Positions 45,353-54,700 of a stretch of DNA of 64,000 nt are shown here, piece by piece. Position 1 is the stretch's first letter. Each line of letters starts with the position of its first letter. The notes under the pieces are model-generated. The model was not told where the DNA came from. It did not search any database and saw only the letters and a program-made list of their open reading frames with translations. The DNA lies in the NCBI RefSeq assembly GCF_048595345.1, contig NZ_JBMDWH010000173.1, forward strand, positions 32,221-96,220, given 5' to 3'. Both the position numbers and the translations under genes were made by a program. This DNA is from Bosea sp. (in: a-proteobacteria) (GTDB lineage Bacteria; Pseudomonadota; Alphaproteobacteria; Rhizobiales; Beijerinckiaceae).

Positions 45353-46684
45353 TCAAGGGGCCGTGAGCTGGACCACCAGCTGATCTGCGGACTTGGAACC
45401 GGGTTCGATCACCAGCGGCACCATGGAAAGACGATCGCTCCCGCCCTGCCCCGGGTCGCAAAGACGCCGGCCGGCTGCAGGGGACCCGTCGCGATAGCTG
45501 ATCTTTCCGGCGGAATCGCGCGCCGTGGTCCAGATGACCCAGACGGGCCGGCCGCTCTTGTCCTTGCCATCAAGCCAACGCAGGCCGGGCTGGGTCCGGC
45601 GAAACTGCGCCCCCTCCAGCGAGCGCGAGAGCTTGATCGCCTCCCGATACAGGCAGGCTCCGGGCTTGGCTTTGTTGTCGTAGTCGAACAGGCCGAAATT
45701 ATCTTCGCGTTCGATCGGGTTCGTGCCGCTGTTGCGCAGCTCGTATACCCAGATGCCCTTGATCCAGCTCTGCGTCGGCGCCCACAGCGTGAACTGGGCG
45801 AGATTGGCGGCAGCCAGATCGGGCGGGATGTCGCAAGGGCCCTTATCCGTCGGCCAGCCGAACTCCGTGATGTAGAGCGGCAGCATGCGGCCCGGCGCCG
45901 CCGAACGGATCGCCTGATGAAAGGATTCGACTTTCCCGATCAGATTCTCGGCGGTGCGATCGGGCGGGCGGTTGCAATGATTGTAGAAATGGACCGAAAT
46001 GCCATCGCCCGTCTCGGCGAGCCCGGCCGCCATGGCCCGCTTGGACCAGACCCAGCCGTCATCGTCGCCGATGGAGCCGGTCAGGACCAGCGCGTCGGGG
46101 TTCTTCGCCTTGATCGCCTGATAGGCGGCCTTGGCGGTTTCGACATAGTTCTCGGGCGAGTAATCGCTGTTCTCCGAGACCGGCCCCATGGGGCCGATCA
46201 CAGGCTTGCGCGGCCGCCAACCCATGTTCCACTCGTTCCAGATCTCGTAGATCGCGTTGTATCCGCGCGTCCCGGCAACGACGCGCGATGCGAAATTGGC
46301 GAAGAGTTCGCGTTCGCGCGGGGAGGTCGGCGCGTCGCGCACGATCGGCGTGGCTGCGAGCTGGCGCCCCTTCAGGATGAGAACGGGCTGCAGCGTGCGG
46401 CTGAGAAGAACCTCGTTCAGGCGCCCCAGCTGCCTTCCGAGCGGATGGTCCGGCTCGGCAACGGTGAAAGCGCCTTCATGAACGTCGTCGCGAAAGCTGC
46501 TGACGCCGAGATCGGCGAGCAGTGGTTTCTGCGTTTCGGGCAGATAACCGCGCTGGGGAGTGAACGCGAAATGCGCTCCCACACCGAAAATGAAGTCGCT
46601 CGCCATGGCCGATGTCGAAACGGACACAGCCATGAGCAGCGCAGTCGCCGCGATCGTCTTCAGGGCGCGCATGGCCAGCCGCAT
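45353..46684 (-). CDS. Sec-exported glycoside hydrolase, (beta/alpha)8 clan GH-A-like
   Basis: Signal peptide MRLAMRALKTIAATALLMAVSVSTSAMA. Acid/base-like motif YEIWNEWN and nucleophile-like motif LYITEFGW. Paralogous to the N-terminal domain of 51800..56344. Confidence 0.7.
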   Translation of the reverse strand: MRLAMRALKTIAATALLMAVSVSTSAMASDFIFGVGAHFAFTPQRGYLPETQKPLLADLGVSSFRDDVHEGAFTVAEPDHPLGRQLGRLNEVLLSRTLQPVLILKGRQLAATPIVRDAPTSPRERELFANFASRVVAGTRGYNAIYEIWNEWNMGWRPRKPVIGPMGPVSENSDYSPENYVETAKAAYQAIKAKNPDALVLTGSIGDDDGWVWSKRAMAAGLAETGDGISVHFYNHCNRPPDRTAENLIGKVESFHQAIRSAAPGRMLPLYITEFGWPTDKGPCDIPPDLAAANLAQFTLWAPTQSWIKGIWVYELRNSGTNPIEREDNFGLFDYDNKAKPGACLYREAIKLSRSLEGAQFRRTQPGLRWLDGKDKSGRPVWVIWTTARDSAGKISYRDGSPAAGRRLCDPGQGGSDRLSMVPLVIEPGSKSADQLVVQLTAP

Positions 46685-46755
46685 CTCCTCCGACCGGTCA
46701 TCCGCCGATCCCTGCTGCACTGCACAATGAAAGCATGGCAGCATCGTGATCGCAA

Positions 46756-48153
46756 CTAGCTTGGCGCCACCCCACTGTGCAGAAAGCGCCCGCGCCAGAG
46801 AACGAACAACGTCGCGGCCCCGGCCAAGACGAGCTTGGCGACCAGCAGCGGGACCGGCGCCGAGGGAGCCAGCCCCAAAGCGAGAACGGCGATCGAGGCT
46901 GCGGCGCCCAACGCCATCGGCCCTGCCGCCGGGCGGGCTCCGAACCGGATCGTGGGCTTTGCCATGGCCAAGCCCCAGAGCAATGTCGCCGTGCCCACCA
47001 GCCAGAGTGCGGAGGCAGCCGAACCGCGCTGCGCGAGTACGAACCAGCAGAGCGGCACCGTGAACAGCAACTGTCCGAAGGCGACCAGAATCAGCCGCTG
47101 GGTCTGCTTCAGGAGATGCACCACCACCGCGCCGGTCACCTGGAGATGGGTGTTGACGAAGGCGAGAAAGGTGACCGCCGGCGCAACGGCGAGAAAGGCC
47201 GGCAGCGCCGCTGCCGGCACGAACAGCCAGGCGAAATCGGGCGTAAAGGCGATCATGCCCGCCATCAGGAGGGATGTGCAGCAGAACAGGAAGGCGAACA
47301 GCTTGGCGGTCGCCGGCTGCGCCTCGGCCCGGCCGCCGCGGTCGTATTTCGCCGCCACCTCGGGGAAGGACACCATATGGACAGCAGCGACGAGCACCGA
47401 GAACGGCCGCTGCAACAGGTCGAAGGCGAGCGAAAACCCAGCCGCCTCCGTGCTCGACGGCCCGAGTCTGCCGACGACGAGGAAGCGCAGCGATACTGCG
47501 GCGCCCAGATGCATGACCGAGGCGGCGGCAGCCTTCATGCCGTAGCCTGCGAAGGCGGCCAGATTACTCTTCGTGACCTCATCGCGCCGCCAGCGCATCA
47601 GCGTCCGGTCATAGGCGAGGGTCGCCGAAACGCCGCAGATCTGCGCCAGCAGCATCCCCGCCAATGCTGCTTCGGCACCACCGCCAAGCCAGGCACCGAT
47701 CGCGGCAAAGGTGACGAGGCAGGTGGAGCGGATGATCGCCAGCCCCGCCGAAGCCGCGAGGCGATTATCGACCCGCAGAACGGTCAGCAGGAGGTCCGCC
47801 AGGCTCTGGGCGATGGCCACGCCGAGCGCCAGCCCCGCCGTCAGCCGATGCGCCGCGGTGAAGTGAAAGGTGATCGGGCCCACCACCAGCAAGGCGGCGG
47901 CACTCAGTGCGAAGGCGCTCAGAACCGCACTGCGCAGTCGCTGCTTCCGGCCCTCGGGCGCGCCGGCGAGAAAGCGGGTCGCCGCGATCTGAAGCCATTC
48001 GAAGGCAAGGACCGCGATGAACTGGCTGAGTGCGACCACGAGCGAGAACTGGGTGTAGGCGCTGCTCTCGACGAGATGACTGACAGCGAAGACGAGCCCG
48101 ATCGCGGCCACGCTCTGGTAAAGATAGCCGCCCAGTACGAAGAGTTTCGTCAT
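46756..48153 (-). CDS. MOP-superfamily polysaccharide flippase (Wzx-like), copy 2
   Basis: Start moved to MTKLFVLGGYLYQ because the upstream gene ends at 48203. About 12-14 TM segments. Confidence 0.75.
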   Translation of the reverse strand: MTKLFVLGGYLYQSVAAIGLVFAVSHLVESSAYTQFSLVVALSQFIAVLAFEWLQIAATRFLAGAPEGRKQRLRSAVLSAFALSAAALLVVGPITFHFTAAHRLTAGLALGVAIAQSLADLLLTVLRVDNRLAASAGLAIIRSTCLVTFAAIGAWLGGGAEAALAGMLLAQICGVSATLAYDRTLMRWRRDEVTKSNLAAFAGYGMKAAAASVMHLGAAVSLRFLVVGRLGPSSTEAAGFSLAFDLLQRPFSVLVAAVHMVSFPEVAAKYDRGGRAEAQPATAKLFAFLFCCTSLLMAGMIAFTPDFAWLFVPAAALPAFLAVAPAVTFLAFVNTHLQVTGAVVVHLLKQTQRLILVAFGQLLFTVPLCWFVLAQRGSAASALWLVGTATLLWGLAMAKPTIRFGARPAAGPMALGAAASIAVLALGLAPSAPVPLLVAKLVLAGAATLFVLWRGRFLHSGVAPS

Positions 48154-48202
48154 CGGCAGACACCGACGCGCAGCGATAACCTCGTCCAGGGACCGGACGG
48201 CC

Positions 48203-49423
48203 TCACCTGCGCGAGCCGGCCCGCGCGGCGGCGATGGCACGGTCGTAAATTTCGCGATAGGCCGCATCGACATCGGCCATCGTGCGCCGGGCGCCACGGG
48301 CCATCAGCCGGTGATGCATCGCGCGGATCTTCTCAAGCTCGCGCGCCAGCGTCGCCAAGAGGCTGGCCATCGCATCGGGCTCGGGCGCGACGATCCAGCC
48401 ATTGATGCCTGGCTCGATCGCTTCCGGAGATCCGCCATAGGGCGAAACGATGACGGGACGGCCGGCGGACAGCGCCTCCTCGATCACCAGCGCGCCCGGC
48501 TCTTCCCAGAGCGAGGGCGCGATGACGATGTCGACCTGGCTGAGCAGGACATCCGGCTGGACGTAGCCGAGAAAAAGGATATCGGCCCCCGCCGCCAGCT
48601 TGCACAGGGCCTCCTTTTCGTCGTCGCTGAGCCGGCAGGCGATGACGAGTCTCACCATCCCCGCAGGCAACCTCGCGACAGCCTGCACGAGCTGGCTGAT
48701 GCCCTTCTCGTAATGTGGCCGGCCCATGAAGCCGATCGAGAAGGCTCCGCCTCCGGGGCCAGCCAGATCCCGCGGCACCGGCCCGGACCATGGCGAGGCA
48801 TTGCGCACCACCGCTCGGATGGGCGTATCGTGAAAGAGCTGCTCGCGCTGATGGATGTCGATGATGCGCTGGCTGACGCCGACCACCGCCGAAACGCTGC
48901 GTGTTCTGCGGCGTCTCGTCCGCGTCAGCACCGAGCAGGAGACGCAAGTCGTCGCGCAGACCTTGCCGCCGCTGAACCGCGACGCGCGCGCGCAGGTAAG
49001 ATAATAATCGTGCAGAGTGTGGACAACCGGCACGTTCCGGTCCTGCGCCACCCGCCAGATATCGGCGCCGAGCCCAACCAGCGTGTTCGAATGAAGCACG
49101 TCGGGGCGAAACGTCTCGATCCGCTGCGCCATCAACTCATCGGCACCGGCGCGATCATCGATCATGTGCCACGCGAACCTGACCGGAGCCGGTTTGCGCG
49201 GACCATAGGCCCAGTAGATATTGCTCTGGCGCGCGGAATGGACAGGAACACCATTCACCGTCTCCGGCGCTCCATCGCCCTGGGGATGCGCGCGGATGAC
49301 CTCGACCTCATGCCCCTCTGCCACGAAACGCTCCGCAAGCCGCTGAACGAAGAGCTCAGCGCCACCGAAAATGTAAGGAGCCCTCGGTGTCGGATAGAGC
49401 GAAGTGCTCATCAAGATACGCAT
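48203..49423 (-). CDS. glycosyltransferase family 4 (GT-B)
   Basis: MRILMSTSLYPTPRAPYIFGGAELFV and PSLWEEPGALVIEEALSAGRPVIVS. Confidence 0.85.
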   Translation of the reverse strand: MRILMSTSLYPTPRAPYIFGGAELFVQRLAERFVAEGHEVEVIRAHPQGDGAPETVNGVPVHSARQSNIYWAYGPRKPAPVRFAWHMIDDRAGADELMAQRIETFRPDVLHSNTLVGLGADIWRVAQDRNVPVVHTLHDYYLTCARASRFSGGKVCATTCVSCSVLTRTRRRRTRSVSAVVGVSQRIIDIHQREQLFHDTPIRAVVRNASPWSGPVPRDLAGPGGGAFSIGFMGRPHYEKGISQLVQAVARLPAGMVRLVIACRLSDDEKEALCKLAAGADILFLGYVQPDVLLSQVDIVIAPSLWEEPGALVIEEALSAGRPVIVSPYGGSPEAIEPGINGWIVAPEPDAMASLLATLARELEKIRAMHHRLMARGARRTMADVDAAYREIYDRAIAAARAGSRR

Positions 49424-49488
49424 ACGTCGCCCAAGCCAGGCCGCATCCGGCCGAGGTCGATCGTCACTGTGGCAGGCCTTCTCAAAGG

Positions 49489-50682
49489 TTAGGTCGACAA
49501 ACTGGACCGGACTGAAGCATATATATCTAAATGAGCCGTCGCGATGGTTTCGGCCGAGAACATCTTCAACACTTCGTCAGAAGCAGGATGGCTGCCGCGC
49601 CAGCGATCAGGCTGTTCCATCGCACTGATCATGAGGTCCGCCAGGCGCTTGCCGTCGCGCGGTTCATACATGCCGATGAGAGCGGAATGCTCCGCGATTT
49701 CAGGGATGCCGCCGGCGGTCGAGCAGATCGTCGCCCGCCCTGCGCCGATGCTTTCGATCAATGTGCGCGGCAGCGGCTCGGGCCAGATCGAACTGATGAG
49801 GCAGACATCCACCCCGGCATAGAAATCCGCCGGCCGGGTGAAGCCGAGCCATTCGATCCGGGGATCGGGGTAGCGGCGCTTCAGCGCCTCGATATAGGTG
49901 TCGATGCCGCGCCCCGCGACACGCAGCTTCCATCCGGTGGGGGGCAGAAGCCTCGTCGCCTCCAGAACGACCTCGATCCCCTTCTCGTCTTCCACGCGCC
50001 CGATATAGCCGAAAACAATGTCGGTCTCTCCGGGGCCCGCTCCGGCCGCGCTCGTGTTCACGATATTGCGGATCACGGCTTGGCGGGCCTGCGAAAAATA
50101 GCCGCGTTTGGTGTGCGCCTCCAGCATGTACTGGCTGTTCGAGATCACCGCATCGACGGCCGAGGCGCGCAGCTTGAAACCGGCCGTCATCGCGACACAG
50201 GGCGCGCAGCGTCGTTCGCAGGTCCGGCCTCGCGCAAACAGCGTCGAGCGCTTGCAGATCGCCGTATAGTCCCGAAGGGTGTGGACGAGCGGCACGGCAT
50301 GCTTCTTGGTCTGGGCCCAGATCGCCGCGGAAAATCCGATCAGATTGTGGGTATGTACGAGATCGGGACGCTCCCGGTCGAGAATGTGACCGAATCGCGC
50401 GGCTGCTCGGCTATTCCAGACGTCGTGGGCGTGCCACCGCAGGCGTTGTCCGGCCGTGGGGCGCTGTGTGAGGCCGAAGGGCCAGTAAATGTTATCCAGC
50501 GGGACGCGATGGATCTTCACGCCCTCGACCGTCTCCTCGGTCTCCTCGTCAGCGTCATGAAAGGTGACGACACCGATCTGCGCCCCTCGCTTCGCGAGAG
50601 CCTGGGCGAGCAGCGACACCGATACCTCGGCCCCCCCGATGATAGTCGGCGGGTAGAGCGTATTGACGAAGATCAGTTTCAA
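49489..50682 (-). CDS. glycosyltransferase family 4 (GT-B)
   Basis: MKLIFVNTLYPPTIIGGAEVSV and SSIWPEPLPRTLIESIGAGRATICS. Paralogue of 48203..49423. Confidence 0.85.
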   Translation of the reverse strand: MKLIFVNTLYPPTIIGGAEVSVSLLAQALAKRGAQIGVVTFHDADEETEETVEGVKIHRVPLDNIYWPFGLTQRPTAGQRLRWHAHDVWNSRAAARFGHILDRERPDLVHTHNLIGFSAAIWAQTKKHAVPLVHTLRDYTAICKRSTLFARGRTCERRCAPCVAMTAGFKLRASAVDAVISNSQYMLEAHTKRGYFSQARQAVIRNIVNTSAAGAGPGETDIVFGYIGRVEDEKGIEVVLEATRLLPPTGWKLRVAGRGIDTYIEALKRRYPDPRIEWLGFTRPADFYAGVDVCLISSIWPEPLPRTLIESIGAGRATICSTAGGIPEIAEHSALIGMYEPRDGKRLADLMISAMEQPDRWRGSHPASDEVLKMFSAETIATAHLDIYASVRSSLST

Positions 50683-51016
50683 GACGGACTGTGCCTCGGC
50701 GCTCGAGAGGTCGCGACCTGAGGCTGCGACGGTTTGGTCGATCCGGCGCAGTGCCGATGGTGCGACAAGAGATCGAGCCAGTTCGATACAGCCTGCGTCG
50801 GCTCTATAGCGCCGACATTAGACATGGCCGGAGCATAGTTTTCGCCTCATCGCAGATCAACCGTTTTTTGCGGCACTGCAACATGATTGAGCGGCTTCTC
50901 AAACCGTGGCGTGTGCCCAATCCTGCATCTCGGAATGGCGCGATTCGCGGTCTTGGCGGGGATAAGGCGAAGGCTTGGCCTGTCCTTCGGATCGTTGCAG
51001 CCTCAAGGAGTGGCGC

Positions 51017-51763
51017 GTGGCTTCAAACCTAGGCGAAGCGGCCTTCGCCGTGCCGGACGGCGGCTGGCTTCCTGCTGACACCCGGATTTACGCGATCGGG
51101 GACGTCCATGGGCGCGCTGATCTGCTGAAGAGCGTGGTGAGCCGTCTGGTCCAGGACCTCGCCGACCACCCCGTCCGCATGCCGATGATCGTCTTCGTCG
51201 GTGATTATCTCGACCGCGGTCCGGATTCCGCCGGGGTGATCGACATCATTCTGGCGCTGCGGCGTCGCGTGGCGACGGTTTGCCTATGCGGGAACCACGA
51301 ACTTTATGCCTTGCGCTTCCTGCAGACGCCGGCAACCGGACAGGCCTGGTTCGAGCTCGGCGGCCGTCAGACCCTGACATCCTACGGGGTTTCGCCACCC
51401 TGGCAGCTTGACCCTGCCGGCCTCGAAGCGGCGTCGCAAGCCTTCGCCGAGGCGTTGCCGGACGAGCACTTCTATTTTCTGACGACGCTCGGCCTGACTT
51501 TCAGCCTGGGCGGATATCTCTTCGCGCATGGCGGGATCGCTCCCGACCGGCCGGTGGCGGAGCAGGATCAGTCGATCGTCACCATGATCCGGGACTCCGG
51601 ACCGGACCCGCTATCCGAGAAGGGCGTGGTTCTCGTGCATGGCCACACGCCGACCAAGGCCGTCGTCCTGGACCGGAATCGCCTCAACATCGACACCGGC
51701 GCCTACGCCACAGGGCGCCTGTCCTGCCTCGTGATCGAGGAGGACAGGCTGCGGCTGCTCTGA
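51017..51763 (+). CDS. PPP-family metallophosphoesterase (Ser/Thr/Tyr protein phosphatase-like)
   Basis: AAGGAG lies 6 nt before the GTG at 51017. Motifs GDVHG, GDYLDRGP, GNHE and HGH. Confidence 0.8.
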   Translation: MASNLGEAAFAVPDGGWLPADTRIYAIGDVHGRADLLKSVVSRLVQDLADHPVRMPMIVFVGDYLDRGPDSAGVIDIILALRRRVATVCLCGNHELYALRFLQTPATGQAWFELGGRQTLTSYGVSPPWQLDPAGLEAASQAFAEALPDEHFYFLTTLGLTFSLGGYLFAHGGIAPDRPVAEQDQSIVTMIRDSGPDPLSEKGVVLVHGHTPTKAVVLDRNRLNIDTGAYATGRLSCLVIEEDRLRLL

Positions 51764-51799
51764 AGCGCAGGCATCGTCGGCCCCTGCACAAAGGTCCGA

Positions 51800-54700
51800 T
51801 CACACGAAGAGGAAGTCAGCCGAACTCAGCTGCGCGGCCGCGATCCCTTTGAGGAGGATCGAGTCGTGGTCGTTGAAGGCCACCAGCGTGTCGGCCCCGA
51901 CGGACGAGACATGGAGAGCCTCGAAGCCGCTCGCCATGCTGGTCGAAACCTTGATCACATCGTGATTGGCCAGTGTTTCGTCGGCATGGAAATTCGTGAT
52001 GGCATCGTGGCCCCCGGTGAAGACGAAAGTGCCCTGCCCGAACATCTGCACGACATCGTTGCCGGCACCGCCGGCGAGGGTCACGCCTCCCGTCTGCGCA
52101 TAGAGCGTGTGGCTTCCATCTGCGTTCGTGACATCGATCGAGGTCAACTTTCCGCCGATGTCGTATATTTCGTGGCGGCTGGCACCCGGCTGGTCGGCCA
52201 GTGCGAATTTGAAGACATCCTTCGACGCATCGGGATTGACGATCGTTTCCATCGTCCGGTTGCCGGCCGCATCGAAATTGGTGGTGGTGCGGGTTCCGTC
52301 GCCCCCGAGCGTCCAGTGATAATCGAAGGTGCCGTCGGCATGGGAGCGGATGACCTCGTAGACCTTGCCGGAAGGGTCGGTCTTCTGGGTCTCGGTGACG
52401 TAGCTCTGCCCCTGAATGCCATAGCTCGTCGTGTATCCGCTCTTGTCGGCATTGGTGACGAAGAGGCGGTTCTGCACGCCGCCGACATAGAGCTTGGTCT
52501 CGAAATATCCGTTGGGCTCCTGATGCGTCGCCTTGGTCATCAGCCCCGAAGCGTCGTACCAGCTCATATCGGTCGTTTTGTCGGCATGGTTGACGAGCGT
52601 GGTGGTGTGGGTGCCGCCGACATAGTCCCGCGTCGTCGTCTCGCCGCCAGCCGTCTGGAGGATCTGCCGCGTCAAAAGGCCTGAGGCCGGATCGAAAATC
52701 TCGGTCTGACGATCACCGTCGCTTTCCACGAGGACGGAGTTCAGTTTGTGCCCGGCCGCGTCGAAGACCGTGGTGATCTTGCTGCCGTCGGGCGCCAGCG
52801 CGAAGTGATAGTCTGGGCTGCCATCCGCATGGGCGCGGATGACTTCGTAGACCTTCCCGGCGGCATCGATCTTCTGCGTCTCGGTGACGTAGCTCTGCCC
52901 TTTGATCCCGTAGCTCGTCGTATATCCGCTCTTGTCGGGATTGGTGACGAAGAGCCGGGTCTGGACGCCTGCCTCGTAGATCTTGGTTTCGATGAAGCCG
53001 TTCGCCTCCTGATGCGTCGCCTTGGTCACCAGGCCCTTGGCGTCGTAGGCGGTGACATCGCTCGACATGTCGGCATGCGCGACCGTCACCGTCGTCAGGA
53101 TGCCGCCCGCATAGGTTTTGGTCGTGAAGTCGCCGGCCTGGTTTTGCAGCACCTGCTGGGTGAGCAGACCATTGGCCGGATTGAAGACATCCGTCGAGCG
53201 ATCGCCGTTTGCGGCGACGGTCACCGTGTTCAGCTTATGCCCCGTCGCATCGTAGACCGTCGTGATCTTCGCACCGTCCGCCTTGGTGACGGCATGGTAG
53301 TCCGGCGTGCCGTCGGCATGGGACCGGATCACCTCATAAACCTTGCCGGACGCATCGGTCTTTTGCATCTCGGTGACGTAGCTCTGGCCCTTGATGCCAT
53401 AGCTGGTGTTCGAGCCGCTCTTGTCGGCATAGGTGATCGAGAGCCTGGTCAGGACCCCGCCGGCATAGAGCTTCGTTTCGACGAGGCCGTTCGCTTCCTG
53501 ATGCACGGTCTTGGTGGCGATGCCCTTGGCGTCGTACCAGGCGATGTCGTTGGACTTGTCGGCGTGAGCGACTGTGACGGTTGTCAAAACGCCCGCGGCA
53601 TACTCCTTCGTCGTGAAATCGCCGGCCTTGTTCTGCAACACCTGCCGGGTGAGCGCGCCATTGGCCGGATTGAAGAAATCGGTCGAGCGGTCGCCATTGG
53701 CGGCGACGGTCACCGTGTTCAGCTTGTGCCCGGTCGCATCGTAGACCGTCGTGATCTTGGTGCCGTCGGCCTGGGTCAGCGCCCGATAATCCAGTGTCCC
53801 ATCGACATGAGACCGGATCACCTCATAGACCTTGCCGGATGCATCGGTCTTCTGCGTCTCGGCGACATAGCTCTGGCCCTTGATGCCGTAGCTGGTGCTG
53901 GAGCCGCTCTTGTCCGGATTCGTGACGAACAGACGGGTCAGCGCGCCTGCTTCGTACAGCTTGGTCTCGGCATAGCCATTGGCTTCCAGATGGAAGCTCT
54001 TGGTGACGAGACCCTTGGCGTCATACCAGAGAGTGTCCTTTGACTTATCGGCATGCGCCGTCGTGGCGGTGGTCAGCACGCCTACCGCATACTCCTTCGT
54101 CGTGAAGTCGCCGGCCTTGTTCTGCAACACCTGCCGGGTCAGCGCGCCATTGGCCGGATTGAAGAAATCGGTCGAGCGGTCGCCATTGGTGGCGACGGTC
54201 ACCGTGTTCAGCTTGTGGCCGGTCGCATCGTAGACCGTCGTGATCTTGGTGCCGTCGGCTTTGGTCAGCGCCCGATAATCCGGCGAGCCATCCGCATGGG
54301 AGCGGATGACCTCGTAGACCTTGCCGGACGCATCGGTCTTCTGCGTCTCCGTGACGTAGCTCTGGCCCTTGATGCCGTAGCTGGTATTGTAGCCGCTCTT
54401 GTCGGCGTTGGTGAAGAACAGCCGGGTCTGGACACCCTGCACATAGATTTTCGAGCTGAAGGATCCATCCGGCGCCCAGTCATTGACCGTTTTCGGCAGG
54501 CCGGCAGCGTCGTACCAGGTCGCGACCTTATGGCCGCCGCTCTGGACCTCGCTGAACGACTTCGTTCCGTCCGCGCGCAGCCTTTCGAAAGCCGTCAGCT
54601 TTCCAGCGGCATCGAAGCTCGAATGCTCCGTCGCATAATCGAGACCCTTGACCCCGTAGACATAGCTCTCCTTCGAGCCATCGAGGTGCTTGATCTGCTC

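Noticed and set aside
50683-51016. sigma-54-like GGCAC...TGCA string (GCGGCACTGCAAC) in the glycosyltransferase/phosphatase intergenic region.
   Set aside because: The spacing does not satisfy GG-N10-GC, so it is not a credible -24/-12 element.
52092-54665. Possibility that the large repeats, or the 24-bp duplication at 60414, represent a CRISPR array.
   Set aside because: The 489-bp units are contiguous, in frame and coding. The 24-bp units have no spacers. No cas genes are present.
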